DNA from: an uncultured Chlamydiales bacterium
GTDB lineage: Bacteria; Chlamydiota; Chlamydiia; Chlamydiales; JAAKFR01
Length of the DNA: 64,000 bases
NCBI GenBank assembly: GCA_963699155.1
Contig: OY969414.1
Coordinates: forward strand, 1,355,757-1,419,756
Reading direction: 5' to 3'
Shown here: positions 40,011 through 49,981 of the stretch, piece by piece
Position numbering within the stretch: the stretch's first letter is position 1
How the letters are laid out: the number at the start of each line of letters is the position of its first letter
Position numbers and translations under genes: made by a program
Notes under the pieces: generated by a model
Seen by the model: the letters and a program-made list of their open reading frames with translations, nothing else
The model's database searches: none
What the model was told of the DNA's origin: nothing

Positions 40011-41255
40011 CTATATAGAAATCACTAAAGGGGCTGTGAAATTTCCATTGATATCCACAGCAACGATATAATAGGTGTTATGTTTCTTCTTAGAACAAAT
40101 CTCAAAGATAAGGGGGCCGGAAGCAGGAACTCTCCCCAATTCTTGAGTTAGACCAGCGTCAGCAAACACAATATAGAATGCCGGTGTGGTACCAAATGTA
40201 GGGGGATTCCAGGTCAATGTATTCTGATAACAGACCTGAGTTAGGAATTCATCTACCTTTTGGGATGCACTACCGTTCGTGGGAGGTTGAATCCCAATGA
40301 GTAACCCTATTCCAAAAGGGCCCGTACCTACGGTAATGGAAGTAGTAACAGTATTGCTGGTTGTATCAATCACACCGGCCGTGTTTGTTCCCCGATCGGC
40401 AAAATAAGCAAATAATGAATCAGGAGTAATCGCGATCCCGGCAGGAGCTCCACCTGTAAGAATTGTGTCGGTAACTGTATTATTAGCTGTATTGATGACT
40501 GTAATGGAGCTATCGCTATTATTAGTCACATAAGCAAATTGACCACTAGCGGTAGTGGCAAAAGCAACAGCTACAGGACCGAGACCTGCAAGAATAGCTG
40601 GACCTGGAACCGTATTGTTAGCTGTATCGATCACCGAGACAGTGCCATTGCTATTGTTGGGTACATAAATATGCGAACCATCAGGGGTAAAGGCTAACTC
40701 AAAAGGACCAGAGAATTGTGAAGATGTAATTGTGTCAGTCACTGTATTGCTAGCTGTGCTAATTACAGAAACTGAATTGCTGACAAGGTTAGAAACATAG
40801 ACAGATTGTCCATTGGGGGAAATAGCAACACCGACAGGGTCACTACCGACAGTAATGGTACTGATGACAAGATTGTTAGAAAGATTGATCACGGAAACTG
40901 TGCCACTACCGAAATTGGCCACATAGGCAAACTGGCCGTTTGGGGTAATTGCGATTCCAAAGGGCCGACTACCTACAGCTATACTACCTATAACTGTATT
41001 AGTAGATGTCTGGATGACTGAAACTGTGGTTCCACCATTGTTAGTCACATAAGCAAACTGTCCATTGAGTGAGAATGCAACATCGACAGGCTGCAAACCG
41101 ATGCCTGTCATAATGGTTGTGACGACTGTATTGGTGGTCGTATCGATCACTGAGACAGTGGGTGGACTCGCATCGTAATTAGTCACATAAGCAAAATTGG
41201 TTGCGAAGGCTTGTGTGAAGCAAAAGGCCAGAACGAACATCCATACTCTCTTCAT
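40011..41255 (-). CDS. Secreted YVTN/YncE beta-propeller protein, paralog of 37398-38654
   Basis: Same architecture; near-identical C-terminal domain. Confidence 0.9.
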   Translation of the reverse strand: MKRVWMFVLAFCFTQAFATNFAYVTNYDASPPTVSVIDTTTNTVVTTIMTGIGLQPVDVAFSLNGQFAYVTNNGGTTVSVIQTSTNTVIGSIAVGSRPFGIAITPNGQFAYVANFGSGTVSVINLSNNLVISTITVGSDPVGVAISPNGQSVYVSNLVSNSVSVISTASNTVTDTITSSQFSGPFELAFTPDGSHIYVPNNSNGTVSVIDTANNTVPGPAILAGLGPVAVAFATTASGQFAYVTNNSDSSITVINTANNTVTDTILTGGAPAGIAITPDSLFAYFADRGTNTAGVIDTTSNTVTTSITVGTGPFGIGLLIGIQPPTNGSASQKVDEFLTQVCYQNTLTWNPPTFGTTPAFYIVFADAGLTQELGRVPASGPLIFEICSKKKHNTYYIVAVDINGNFTAPLVISI

Positions 41256-41352
41256 GGCTAGGGCTCCTATTTTAAGAAAACGTAAATATTAAATTTTTTT
41301 AATCATAATCTCAAGAAAAATCTGGCTAGAGATTTTTAGAGAGGCCTGTTGG

Positions 41353-42576
41353 TTAGGCTTCCTTTTGGGAGAGAGCGCGAGCGTTCAGGAGGAAGTAGGT
41401 GGAGGCGGCGAGGCAGAGGGTGGCGCCGAGGAGCATGAGGCCGAGGGGGTGGAGGTAGGGGAGGATGAAAGCACCGAGGGTGGGGATGATGCAGCCGCGG
41501 AGGCCAACTGTGAGAATGTTGGTGCTGCTGAAGGTAGTGCTCTCCTGGTTTTGGGCGAAGACGAGACCTGACATGTGCCAGCTCATCTCACTGCCTGCTT
41601 GCATGATGCCGTAGAGGCCATAGGCGAGGTAGAGAAGGGCGACATGCCAAGAGGTGGAGAGGAGGAGGAAGGGAAAGAGGGCGGCGAAGAAGGTGACGAG
41701 GGCGCTGAAGTGGAAGATGGTGGTTTTGCGGAAGAGTTTTGACCAGAGGGAGGTGGTGCAGGCAACGCCGATGCCTTTACAGAGAGAGATGGCGAGTCCC
41801 ATTTCGACGAATGAGAGGTTGAGGGTATCGACAAAGAATTGGGGGAGGGCGGGCTGCATGATCATGAGGCCGCCACCGCCGAGCATAAAGCCGATCTGGA
41901 AGATGGTGAAATCTTTTCTTTTGCGGAGGAGCTCAGCGACTTGTCTCCAGGGCTTGGAAAGGTGCTCCTGAAGTTTGAGGGGAGCAGACTTCGTGATAGG
42001 AACATTCCGAGGAGCAATCGAGGCGAGCAAGAGCGTAGAGAGCATCCCTAATGCCGCTGTCAGCGAGAAGAACCAGCCCCAACCCTCGGGATAGTGGTCG
42101 AGGAGGATTCCTGCCACAACAGCAATGAGGGCACTCCCCAGATAATCGATGATCGTGCCATGACCGATGAGCTGGCCCCGCTTTTCCTCAGGCAAATTGT
42201 ACTTGAGAAGCTCCATCCAACTCGGGATGGTGGCTCGGCTGAGCATCATGTAGAGGCCAAAGGCGAGGATGATCAGCCAGGCCGAGTGGATCCAGGGCAT
42301 AAAGAGAAAGGGGAGGTAGCGGAAAAAATTAGCGCCGACTAAATTGGCTACGATCTGGTCGGGCCGACCATGGATGCGGCTACTCCAGTAAGGGGAGAGC
42401 AGCGAGGTGGCCGGCTTGAGAGCGACGATGGCCGCCACCTGAAGCGGTGTCAGGCCAAGATTTTTATAGAGAATGAAGGCGAGCATGCTCAATAGGCACC
42501 AGCAGGGGGTGCCTAAAAGGCGAATGCCTATAAAAGCGATTTGAGTCCGCCTAGCTAACATAAGCGGTATAATCAT
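41353..42576 (-). CDS. MFS transporter
   Basis: About twelve hydrophobic segments; EKRG inter-helix motif. Confidence 0.8.
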   Translation of the reverse strand: MIIPLMLARRTQIAFIGIRLLGTPCWCLLSMLAFILYKNLGLTPLQVAAIVALKPATSLLSPYWSSRIHGRPDQIVANLVGANFFRYLPFLFMPWIHSAWLIILAFGLYMMLSRATIPSWMELLKYNLPEEKRGQLIGHGTIIDYLGSALIAVVAGILLDHYPEGWGWFFSLTAALGMLSTLLLASIAPRNVPITKSAPLKLQEHLSKPWRQVAELLRKRKDFTIFQIGFMLGGGGLMIMQPALPQFFVDTLNLSFVEMGLAISLCKGIGVACTTSLWSKLFRKTTIFHFSALVTFFAALFPFLLLSTSWHVALLYLAYGLYGIMQAGSEMSWHMSGLVFAQNQESTTFSSTNILTVGLRGCIIPTLGAFILPYLHPLGLMLLGATLCLAASTYFLLNARALSQKEA

Positions 42577-43806
42577 AGACCCTTCGGAGCCGCTCTGTCA
42601 ATTAAAATAATTGATATCTATGTAGGCAAGGGGCCGAGGTCGACGCCGAACTGATCCTTCCTATCTTCTGTATCCTTCTGCGTCCATTTGGTATGGCGTT
42701 GGTCTGCTCTTCTAAGTTCCTCTTCATTGACATAGCATCTGATCCTGTCACATCCTTCATTATAAAGTTCGCGCAAGCCAGCCAATTCACCACCTTCTGC
42801 ATAAAAAAGAGCGGCGTGACTCTCTGGGATCGGCTTAGGGTATTCAAGATCCTCCAGATTCCATTGATTTTTGCCCCAAAAAGCGCCCCCACGGATTGTA
42901 TAGTAGGCTTGTGTAAACAGAAAGAAGGTGCGGTACTGGTAGGAATCTTGTTGGGTGAGAGCTTCAGCAAAAGTACGTTTGAGACCGCCACCTTCATACC
43001 ATTTCTTGAATGGTTCAAGATCTTCTAAAGTTAAGCAGAGGAGGGTAAAGCTCATCCGCATCCATGCCTTAGCGGCCGCAATCACTTCGATTTTAGACCA
43101 GGTATTAGTGGGATGTTTTTTTAAAGCTGCGACAAAATCTTTTCCGTAACACTCATTGAGCCAGGCATAGATTCCAATATTAGGATTGTTAGGCTGATGT
43201 GTACGATCGGGAGGAAGTCGACCAGCATGGAAATTGATGCGCATAAGATCGGGACGCTCGAGCTGGCCTTTAGCGAAATCTAAAGCTTCATTGGCCAAAG
43301 GAGAATAGGGTGGAATTGTAGGCAGCGCAGGCTTGTCAACCTTTACTTCTTTTACAGTTTTCTGTTCTGCTGGTTTCGGCTCAGTTTCAATTTCTGGCAG
43401 TTTTTCAACTGCATTTTTCCGCAACCGATAAGCGCCAAAACCAATAAGCGCTCCACCGCCCAGAATACCTCCTGCAGCCATGGCCCAAAGACCACTATTC
43501 CCAATCGTGTTGATGGGAGATAAGATCCACTGGGGAAGGGAAAGGTATGATTTTAAAAGCCCATCCCACCAAAACCTCCCACTCCGAGAACGACCAACGA
43601 TCCCACGATGATGGCAACGATGTACCAGCGTTGGGATTTATCTTCTTGAGCTTTAGATTGACTGCAAAAAAGTTGATCCCAACAATTAGCTTCTCGCTGT
43701 ACTGATGAGGGGTCCAATTCACCCACATGGGTAACACTTTGATTCACCCACATAGGTAACACTTTCTAAAAAAAAATCGCTATCATGCCTGGCTCAGGAG
43801 GTTCTG

Positions 43807-44976
43807 ATGGCGTGGAGGTGTTGTAAAGTGGAAGAGCAAAGACAACTGTTTATCCAGGAGTTTATCAAAGGCGAAGATTCAGTATCAAAGCTTTGTAAAA
43901 AATATCACATCAGTCGTAAGACTGCATACAAATGGTATCTGCGATTTCAGTTAATGGGAGAGGAAGGTCTTAAGGATCTGTCTAGAGCTCGTCATGCTCC
44001 TAGTATACTCTATTCAGATGCACAAATTGATCTTGCAATTGATTATAAACGGCAGCATCTGACGTGGGGACCTAAAAAGATCTTAGTCAAGCTAAGAGAA
44101 AAATATCCAGATCAAGAGTGGCCATCTGCAACAAGGTTGTATGAGATCTTTAAAGACTACCATCTTGTGACCAAGAAGAGAATAAAAGGACGTATGCCAG
44201 CTACAGCACCACTGGGAGATGTAAAGAGCTGTAATGACACGTGGGCCGTTGATTTGAAAGGATGGTTTTTGACAGCAGATGGGGATAAATGTGAGCCACT
44301 AACGATCACTGATTGCTTCTCAAGATATCTTATACGTTGTACGCACCTCAGAAAGCATACCGTAGACTACGTATGGCCAATTTTGGATAGTGCATTTCGA
44401 GAATATGGCCTTCCCAATCGATTGCGATCGGATAATGGACCACCCTTTGGATGTATAGGGGCAGGGAGGCTGACACGCCTTTCAGTAAATTTGATAAAAG
44501 CTGGGGTAATTCCAGAATGGATAAGACCGGGACATCCTGAAGAAAATGGTCAGCATGAGCGATTTCATTTGACCCTTCAACAAGAAGTGGCAAGCCCACC
44601 TAAAATGACTTTGGCTTTGCAGCTCCAATCGATCAATCAATTTCATGAAGAGTATAATTTTGAAAGACCTCACGAAGCATTGAATATGAAAACCCCAGCT
44701 AGTTGTTATCAGCCTTCTCTTAAAGCTTGGGATGGGATATTGCGATCACCTGAATATGATACACAAAAAACAAAGGTGAGAAAAGTATGTCAAAGTGGTT
44801 GCATATGGTTGAACCAAAAAGAGTTTTATATTGGGCAAGCCTTAATTGGTGAATATGTAGGGCTGAAAAAAAATGCCGAAGAAGTAACAGAGGTCTATTA
44901 TGGACCCATTTATCTAGGAACACTTGACCTTAGGCAAGGCTTAAAGAAACCAAAGATGAAAAAAAGAAGGTCTTAG
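43807..44976 (+). CDS. IS481-family DDE transposase
   Basis: ISRKTAYKW HTH, WGPKKI, WAVDLKG, LRSDNGPPF, ENGQHERFH, RPHEAL. Confidence 0.93.
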   Translation: MAWRCCKVEEQRQLFIQEFIKGEDSVSKLCKKYHISRKTAYKWYLRFQLMGEEGLKDLSRARHAPSILYSDAQIDLAIDYKRQHLTWGPKKILVKLREKYPDQEWPSATRLYEIFKDYHLVTKKRIKGRMPATAPLGDVKSCNDTWAVDLKGWFLTADGDKCEPLTITDCFSRYLIRCTHLRKHTVDYVWPILDSAFREYGLPNRLRSDNGPPFGCIGAGRLTRLSVNLIKAGVIPEWIRPGHPEENGQHERFHLTLQQEVASPPKMTLALQLQSINQFHEEYNFERPHEALNMKTPASCYQPSLKAWDGILRSPEYDTQKTKVRKVCQSGCIWLNQKEFYIGQALIGEYVGLKKNAEEVTEVYYGPIYLGTLDLRQGLKKPKMKKRRS

Positions 44977-44996
44977 GGGGAATAACTTCCGCCCTC

Positions 44997-45020
44997 GGCA
45001 GTGGGCTAAAGCCCACTGCC
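44997..45020. terminator. Perfect 10-bp hairpin downstream of transposase
   Basis: GGCAGTGGGC-TAAA-GCCCACTGCC; no strong U-tract. Confidence 0.45.
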
Positions 45021-45238
45021 TTAGTTGGACTTTGAAGCTTGTTATTTAAAATTGATATGAGGGGGAGGCCCCCTCAAACTTCCCCCCTGGGTAGGTGGAA
45101 TAATTAACCAAAAGTGTTACCTATGTGGGTGAATCATTTGTTACCTATGTGACCGATTGAACCGAGGGAGACTTCATTTTTTCACCAAATTTTAATTTTC
45201 TATATAATAATAGCAGAGTTTCGTTAATTTTTTATTAA

Positions 45239-45400
45239 CCTGAGTTTTGGGTTGATTTCCCTCGCAATCAGAGGAGTTTTTCGAGATGAGCTTGGGTTTT
45301 TTTGCGAAGTTCATAGCCGAAGGCGCTATTAACGAGCAAAAAAACACAAGATCAGCCGAAAAACTCCCTGAGTGTGAGGGAAATCAACCCAAAACTCAGG
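45239..45400. repeat. Palindromic element, intergenic copy
   Basis: Long imperfect arms CCTGAGTTTTGGGTTGATTTCCCTC / GAGGGAAATCAACCCAAAACTCAGG; core TTCATAGCCGAAGGCGCTATTAA; flanked on both sides by TTATTAA. Confidence 0.9.
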
Positions 45401-45458
45401 TTATTAAGAACAGCAGAGGGAGTTGGTAACACCTGGGAAAAGCTGGGAAAAGTCTCGA

Positions 45459-45929
45459 CTAAGATTTTGTCAGGTAGTCGAGGAGTAAGTGGATTGCTTT
45501 GGCCTGAACAATGGCCATTTCAGAAAGAGTCATCGACTTATTTACCGGAGGCACTGGGCTTAAGTGAAGTTTTAATTTTTCGTCATCGATCTTTTGATCG
45601 ACCCATGCCGTGAATAGCGTATAAAAAGAGCTTAGGTTTTCTTTGAGATAGAGGTCCAGTTTTTGGAAAGGGGTTCTCTCGCTCTTCGGCAGAGCAAAGT
45701 AAGATTGCATAAGAATCTCGTAGAGCGCCATTTTACTTCTCAAACTGGGGCTCCAAGGGATCGCTGCCTTGGCCTTGAGATAGAGAGCATAATCCCTCAC
45801 AATCTCGCCAGCAATCCGATGAAGAGTATGGCAAGTTTTGCTCAACCTGACGAGCGACATCACATCTTGGGGACAAACAGTTATGATAAGTTCTTCCGGA
45901 AGAGTCAGTAGACTTGGAATTGAAGACAT
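45459..45929 (-). CDS. Short F-box-like protein (possibly truncated)
   Basis: LLTLPEELII..SLVRLSKTCHTLHRIA. Confidence 0.7.
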   Translation of the reverse strand: MSSIPSLLTLPEELIITVCPQDVMSLVRLSKTCHTLHRIAGEIVRDYALYLKAKAAIPWSPSLRSKMALYEILMQSYFALPKSERTPFQKLDLYLKENLSSFYTLFTAWVDQKIDDEKLKLHLSPVPPVNKSMTLSEMAIVQAKAIHLLLDYLTKS

Positions 45930-45960
45930 AAAAAAAGTTTATCAAATATCTCATTATAAG

Positions 45961-46905
45961 TCAATGATTATCAAAGCGCCAGCAGCGGTGGATCTTTTGC
46001 TGATGGAAGTCGAGGGGGATGGTTTTGGTGGTGATGTCGCGGCTGGAATAGTGGGGGAAGAGGGTGGGATCGAAGCGAAAATGGCGGGAGTTGGTGCTAA
46101 AGAAGAGGGTGCCACCTGGAGAGAGGAGGCGGAGGGTTTGGGAGAGGAGCTCGGGGTAGTCAGTTTGGAGGTCGAAGAGAGTCTCCATCTTTTTGGAGCG
46201 GGAGAGGGTGGGGGGATCGATGACGATGAGATCATATCGGTCGTGGGCACTTTTAAGAAATTCGAGGCAATCGGCGCGGATGATGCGGTTTTGATCGAGA
46301 TTGAGGTTATTGAGGAGGAAGTTCTCTTTTCCCCATTGGGTATAGGTGTTGGACATGTCGACACTCGTTGTGGTGGTGGCGCCTGCCAAAGCGGAGTGGA
46401 CGCTGAAGGAGCAGGTGTAGGCAAAGAGATTGAGAAGGTTTTTGCCTGAGGCAAGAGAGGCGACGAGTTGACGTGTTTCGCGATGGTCGAGAAAGAGGCC
46501 GGTGTCGAGATAGTCAGAGAGGTTGACCAGAAAGCGGACCCCATATTCTTGCACGGTGAAAAACTCTTTCTCGTCGCTGATCTTTTCATACTGCTCTGTG
46601 CGGGCTCTGCGGATGCGTGTGCGCCAATAAATAGGCACTTCTCCAAAGAGGGAGAAGAGGGTCTCTTTGGCTTGCTTCTCGCGTTCTAGATGGGGATCCT
46701 CGTCGTAAGAAAAGGTGTGAATGAGAAAGCGGCCGTCGTAGAAATCGATGGCGAGAGGATACTCTTTGATGTCGCGATCATAGATGCGAAAGCAGTTTGT
46801 AGAGCTCCTTTTGGCCCATTTGCGGATGTGGCGGTAATTTTTACGCAGGCGATTTTTGAAAGGGGAGCTTTTATCCTCCCCATCATCGATTTCTGGTAGG
46901 AACAT
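45961..46905 (-). CDS. RlmK/RlmI-like class I SAM-dependent rRNA methyltransferase
   Basis: FKNRLRKN, RIYDRDI, YLDTGLFLDHR, LNLFAYT, VDMSNTY, IDPPT. Confidence 0.88.
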   Translation of the reverse strand: MFLPEIDDGEDKSSPFKNRLRKNYRHIRKWAKRSSTNCFRIYDRDIKEYPLAIDFYDGRFLIHTFSYDEDPHLEREKQAKETLFSLFGEVPIYWRTRIRRARTEQYEKISDEKEFFTVQEYGVRFLVNLSDYLDTGLFLDHRETRQLVASLASGKNLLNLFAYTCSFSVHSALAGATTTTSVDMSNTYTQWGKENFLLNNLNLDQNRIIRADCLEFLKSAHDRYDLIVIDPPTLSRSKKMETLFDLQTDYPELLSQTLRLLSPGGTLFFSTNSRHFRFDPTLFPHYSSRDITTKTIPLDFHQQKIHRCWRFDNH

Positions 46906-46944
46906 GCCTTGTAGTATATCTGAAGTTGCCCTATTTTGAGCTTC

Positions 46945-48324
46945 ATGAAAAGAATTCTTACATTCATTCTCCTTGCAATTGTTGCCACCTCTACTGCTCA
47001 AGAAAAGAGGGTGGTGGTTGTCGGAGCCGGTTTAGCTGGGCTCACGGCAGCCTACCGTTTACAGCAGCAAGGCTATCCTGTAGAGGTCTATGAGGCACGC
47101 GGCAGGCCAGGTGGCCGCGTCAATACAGCCTACTTTGGCGATTCCTATGAAGAATTGGGGGGCAAGAATCTGCTCGATGGGAGTGATGGGCTCGCCATTA
47201 AAGGGTTGATGAAAGATTTTGGTCTTTCCTCGGAGGAGAAACAGTTCAGTGTAGGAGATGGCATCTTCTATTTTCAGAATAAGGGTTATCTGATCAAAGA
47301 GCTCACGTCGACAGGCCCTGAGCCCACCGAAGCTCTCTATCAAAAACTCAAAACACATGCCGCTTCTGCCAAAAACCTCTCAGAATTGGTTCTGCCTATC
47401 TTTCATGACAATTTTCCCCTACAAAGTTTTATCATCTTTTGTCTGACCAATTATATCGGATCGGCTCCAGAGAGGTTAGCGGTCGATCTCCCTCTTTTTT
47501 GGTACATCTATACCTTTTTCTACCATGCCCCGGGCCAAGAGGCGAAAATGACCACCTTCGAATCAGTCAAAGGGGGAAATAGTCAGCTCATTTGGCTCCT
47601 CGCTCGCAGTTTACCTATCCACTACAATAGCCCTTTAACGTCGATCGACTATAGGGAGGGAAAGATCCATCTGGTTTTTGGATGTGAGAAGAAGGTCGAA
47701 GCCGATTGTCTGGTTCTCGCTCTTCCTGCTTCGACGCTTCGGGATGTCACTATTGAGGGGGAGTGGTTTCCCTGCGATCAGCTGGAGGCGATGCACACTC
47801 AGCAATATGGGACCAATGCCAAAATCTTACAGCCCATCTCAAATCTGGACCGCTCCCTTTTCAGCTGCACCGACAGGGTAGGCACGTGGACCAATATCCC
47901 AAGAGATGTGATGACCTGGTATTATGGGGGAGAAGCGGGAATCTTTCGCCCCACATCCCTTTCCAAGGTTTGTTGTCATGATCTCCCTACTATTCAGAAA
48001 ATTTATCCTGAAATCCAATTCAGCGAAAACCCGCCGACCTATATGCAAGAGGGCTTCATGGTCTCTTATGAGGGTCCTGTGGGTGTCAGTTGGGTTGAAG
48101 AGCCCTATTCCAAGGGAAGTTATTCCAATGTCTCCCCAACTCAATTTGAGATCTATAACCAACTCGTAGAAATAGACGGAGAAAAAGTCAGGCAGGCCTA
48201 TCGCCCTTTCAAAGAGCTTATCTATTTCGTAGGGGAACATACCGATATTCCCTATCCAGGGACAATGGAAGGGGCAGTCCGATCAGGTGAAATGGCGGCC
48301 CGCTTAATCTCTTTAAGTCATTGA
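46945..48324 (+). CDS. Flavin monoamine oxidase family protein with signal peptide
   Basis: VVVVGAGLAGLTAA, EARGRPGGR, FVGEHT..GTMEGAVRSG. Confidence 0.88.
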   Translation: MKRILTFILLAIVATSTAQEKRVVVVGAGLAGLTAAYRLQQQGYPVEVYEARGRPGGRVNTAYFGDSYEELGGKNLLDGSDGLAIKGLMKDFGLSSEEKQFSVGDGIFYFQNKGYLIKELTSTGPEPTEALYQKLKTHAASAKNLSELVLPIFHDNFPLQSFIIFCLTNYIGSAPERLAVDLPLFWYIYTFFYHAPGQEAKMTTFESVKGGNSQLIWLLARSLPIHYNSPLTSIDYREGKIHLVFGCEKKVEADCLVLALPASTLRDVTIEGEWFPCDQLEAMHTQQYGTNAKILQPISNLDRSLFSCTDRVGTWTNIPRDVMTWYYGGEAGIFRPTSLSKVCCHDLPTIQKIYPEIQFSENPPTYMQEGFMVSYEGPVGVSWVEEPYSKGSYSNVSPTQFEIYNQLVEIDGEKVRQAYRPFKELIYFVGEHTDIPYPGTMEGAVRSGEMAARLISLSH

Positions 48325-48357
48325 AAATGATTCTTTATTGTGTATAATTGATCGGAT

Positions 48358-49950
48358 ATGGACTCAAATCTTCAAGAGGAGATCGCTAAGCGACGCACCT
48401 TTGCCATCATCAGCCACCCCGACGCAGGGAAGACAACTTTAACTGAGAAGCTGCTGCTCTACTCAGGCATGATCCATACGGCAGGGATGGTGAAAGGGAG
48501 AAAGGGGAGGAAGGCAGCCACCTCTGACTGGATGGCTATGGAACAGGAGAGGGGCATTTCGATCACCTCCTCTGCGATGCAATTCACCTATAAAGAGACC
48601 ATCATCAATATTCTAGATACTCCTGGTCACGAAGACTTTTCAGAGGATACCTACCGCTCCTTAACAGCTGCCGACTGCGCAATCATGGTGATCGATGCCT
48701 CAAAAGGGGTCGAGAAGCAGACCAGGAAGCTCTTTGAGATTTGCCGTTTGCGGGGAATTCCGGTTCTCACCTTCATCAATAAGATGGATATGCCAGGTCG
48801 TGACCCCTTTGAACTGATGGAGGAGGTCGAAAATGTCTTGCAGATCCACTCCTATGCTATGAACTGGCCGATCGGTATGGCTAAAGATTTTCAGGGGGTG
48901 GTCGATCGCTCAACTGGTGAGATACTCTTCTTTTCCAAAACCTCGGTAGGAGGTGCACAAAAAGCAGAGATTACACGCTACCCATTAGATAGTGGCGTTG
49001 TTGAGGAGAAGTTGGGGAGTGAGTCCGCACTCAAATTGCGGCACGATTTAGAACTTTTAGAGATCGCTGGAAATGTTTTTTCGCAGAAAGATTTCTTAGC
49101 CGGAAAAGTCACGCCGGTCTTTTTTGCCTCTGCTTTGACCAATTTTGGAATCGAACCCTTCTTTGATGCTTTCATCCACCTGGCTCCCTCTCCCCATAGC
49201 CGTTTGGCCAATAGGAAAGATGGGAGTGAGGTCGAAATCGATCCTGTGCAGGAGCCCTTCAGCGGCTATGTCTTTAAACTCCAAGCCAACATGGATCGGC
49301 GCCATCGAGATAGCATGGCCTTTATCCGCATCTGCTCGGGCCGTTTCGAGAGGGATTTAGTGGTGAAGCATCACCGCTTAGGGAAAGAGATCCGCCTTTC
49401 GAGGCCGCACGGTATGGTAGCAGGGGAGCGCACCACCTTAGATGATGCCTATCCTGGAGACATTATCGGCGTGATCAACCCCTCTCTCTTTGCCATCGGG
49501 GATACTGTTTCTGTCAGAGGAGATTTTACCTACAAGCCGCTGCCCCAATTTCAGCCCGAAATTTTTGCCCGCATCCTACCCAAAGAGATTGGAAAGCGCA
49601 AATCGTTCGATAAGGGGATCGTGCAGCTTGGGTGTGAGGGGGCTGTTCAGATGCTCAAGACAATGGATGATACCAATGAATACATCTTTGCTGCTATTGG
49701 GCAACTCCAATTTGAAGTGATGCAATACCGCCTCAAAGATGAGTATGGAGTGGAAACCTCCTTGATGCCGCTTCCTTATCAGTGCAGTGCCTGGATTCAA
49801 GGGGATCTCAAATCATTCTCGAAGCCGACGAACGCGATTCTTGTTTCGGATCGCCAAGGGCGCCCCATGGTTCTCTTTACCAGCCCATGGGAGAAGCAGT
49901 ACTGCATCAAACAGAATCCTCATCATCAACTGATTGATGTAGTTGTTTAA
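48358..49950 (+). CDS. prfC: Peptide chain release factor 3
   Basis: RRTFAIISHPDAGKTTLTEKLLL, SDWMAMEQERGISIT, DTPGHEDFSEDTYR. Confidence 0.97.
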   Translation: MDSNLQEEIAKRRTFAIISHPDAGKTTLTEKLLLYSGMIHTAGMVKGRKGRKAATSDWMAMEQERGISITSSAMQFTYKETIINILDTPGHEDFSEDTYRSLTAADCAIMVIDASKGVEKQTRKLFEICRLRGIPVLTFINKMDMPGRDPFELMEEVENVLQIHSYAMNWPIGMAKDFQGVVDRSTGEILFFSKTSVGGAQKAEITRYPLDSGVVEEKLGSESALKLRHDLELLEIAGNVFSQKDFLAGKVTPVFFASALTNFGIEPFFDAFIHLAPSPHSRLANRKDGSEVEIDPVQEPFSGYVFKLQANMDRRHRDSMAFIRICSGRFERDLVVKHHRLGKEIRLSRPHGMVAGERTTLDDAYPGDIIGVINPSLFAIGDTVSVRGDFTYKPLPQFQPEIFARILPKEIGKRKSFDKGIVQLGCEGAVQMLKTMDDTNEYIFAAIGQLQFEVMQYRLKDEYGVETSLMPLPYQCSAWIQGDLKSFSKPTNAILVSDRQGRPMVLFTSPWEKQYCIKQNPHHQLIDVVV

Positions 49951-49981
49951 AAAAACTACCCATTTAAATTATTTCTTAGCC

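Larger units (their letters stand above)
43711..45163 (+). mobile_element. IS481-family insertion sequence
   Basis: Ends GGTCCAAT / ATTGAACC; subterminal repeats ATTCACCCACAT(G/A)GGTAACACTTT at 43717-43765, inverted at 45111-45163; GAGG target duplication at 43707-43710 and 45164-45167. Confidence 0.9.
42618..45177 (-). pseudogene. Inc-like (bilobed hydrophobic N-terminus) gene disrupted by IS insertion and a frameshift
   Basis: Removing the IS and one GAGG copy gives ATG(45177) MKSPSSVQRE..RWYIVAIIVGSLVVLGVGGFGGMG; a frameshift near 43560 then leads into GLLKSYL..GLWAMAAGGILGGGALIG of ORF 42618-43481. Confidence 0.75.

Noticed and set aside
43495..43762. Two short ORFs both starting MLPMWVN
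   Set aside because: Starts come from the tandem repeats in the IS left end; not independent genes.
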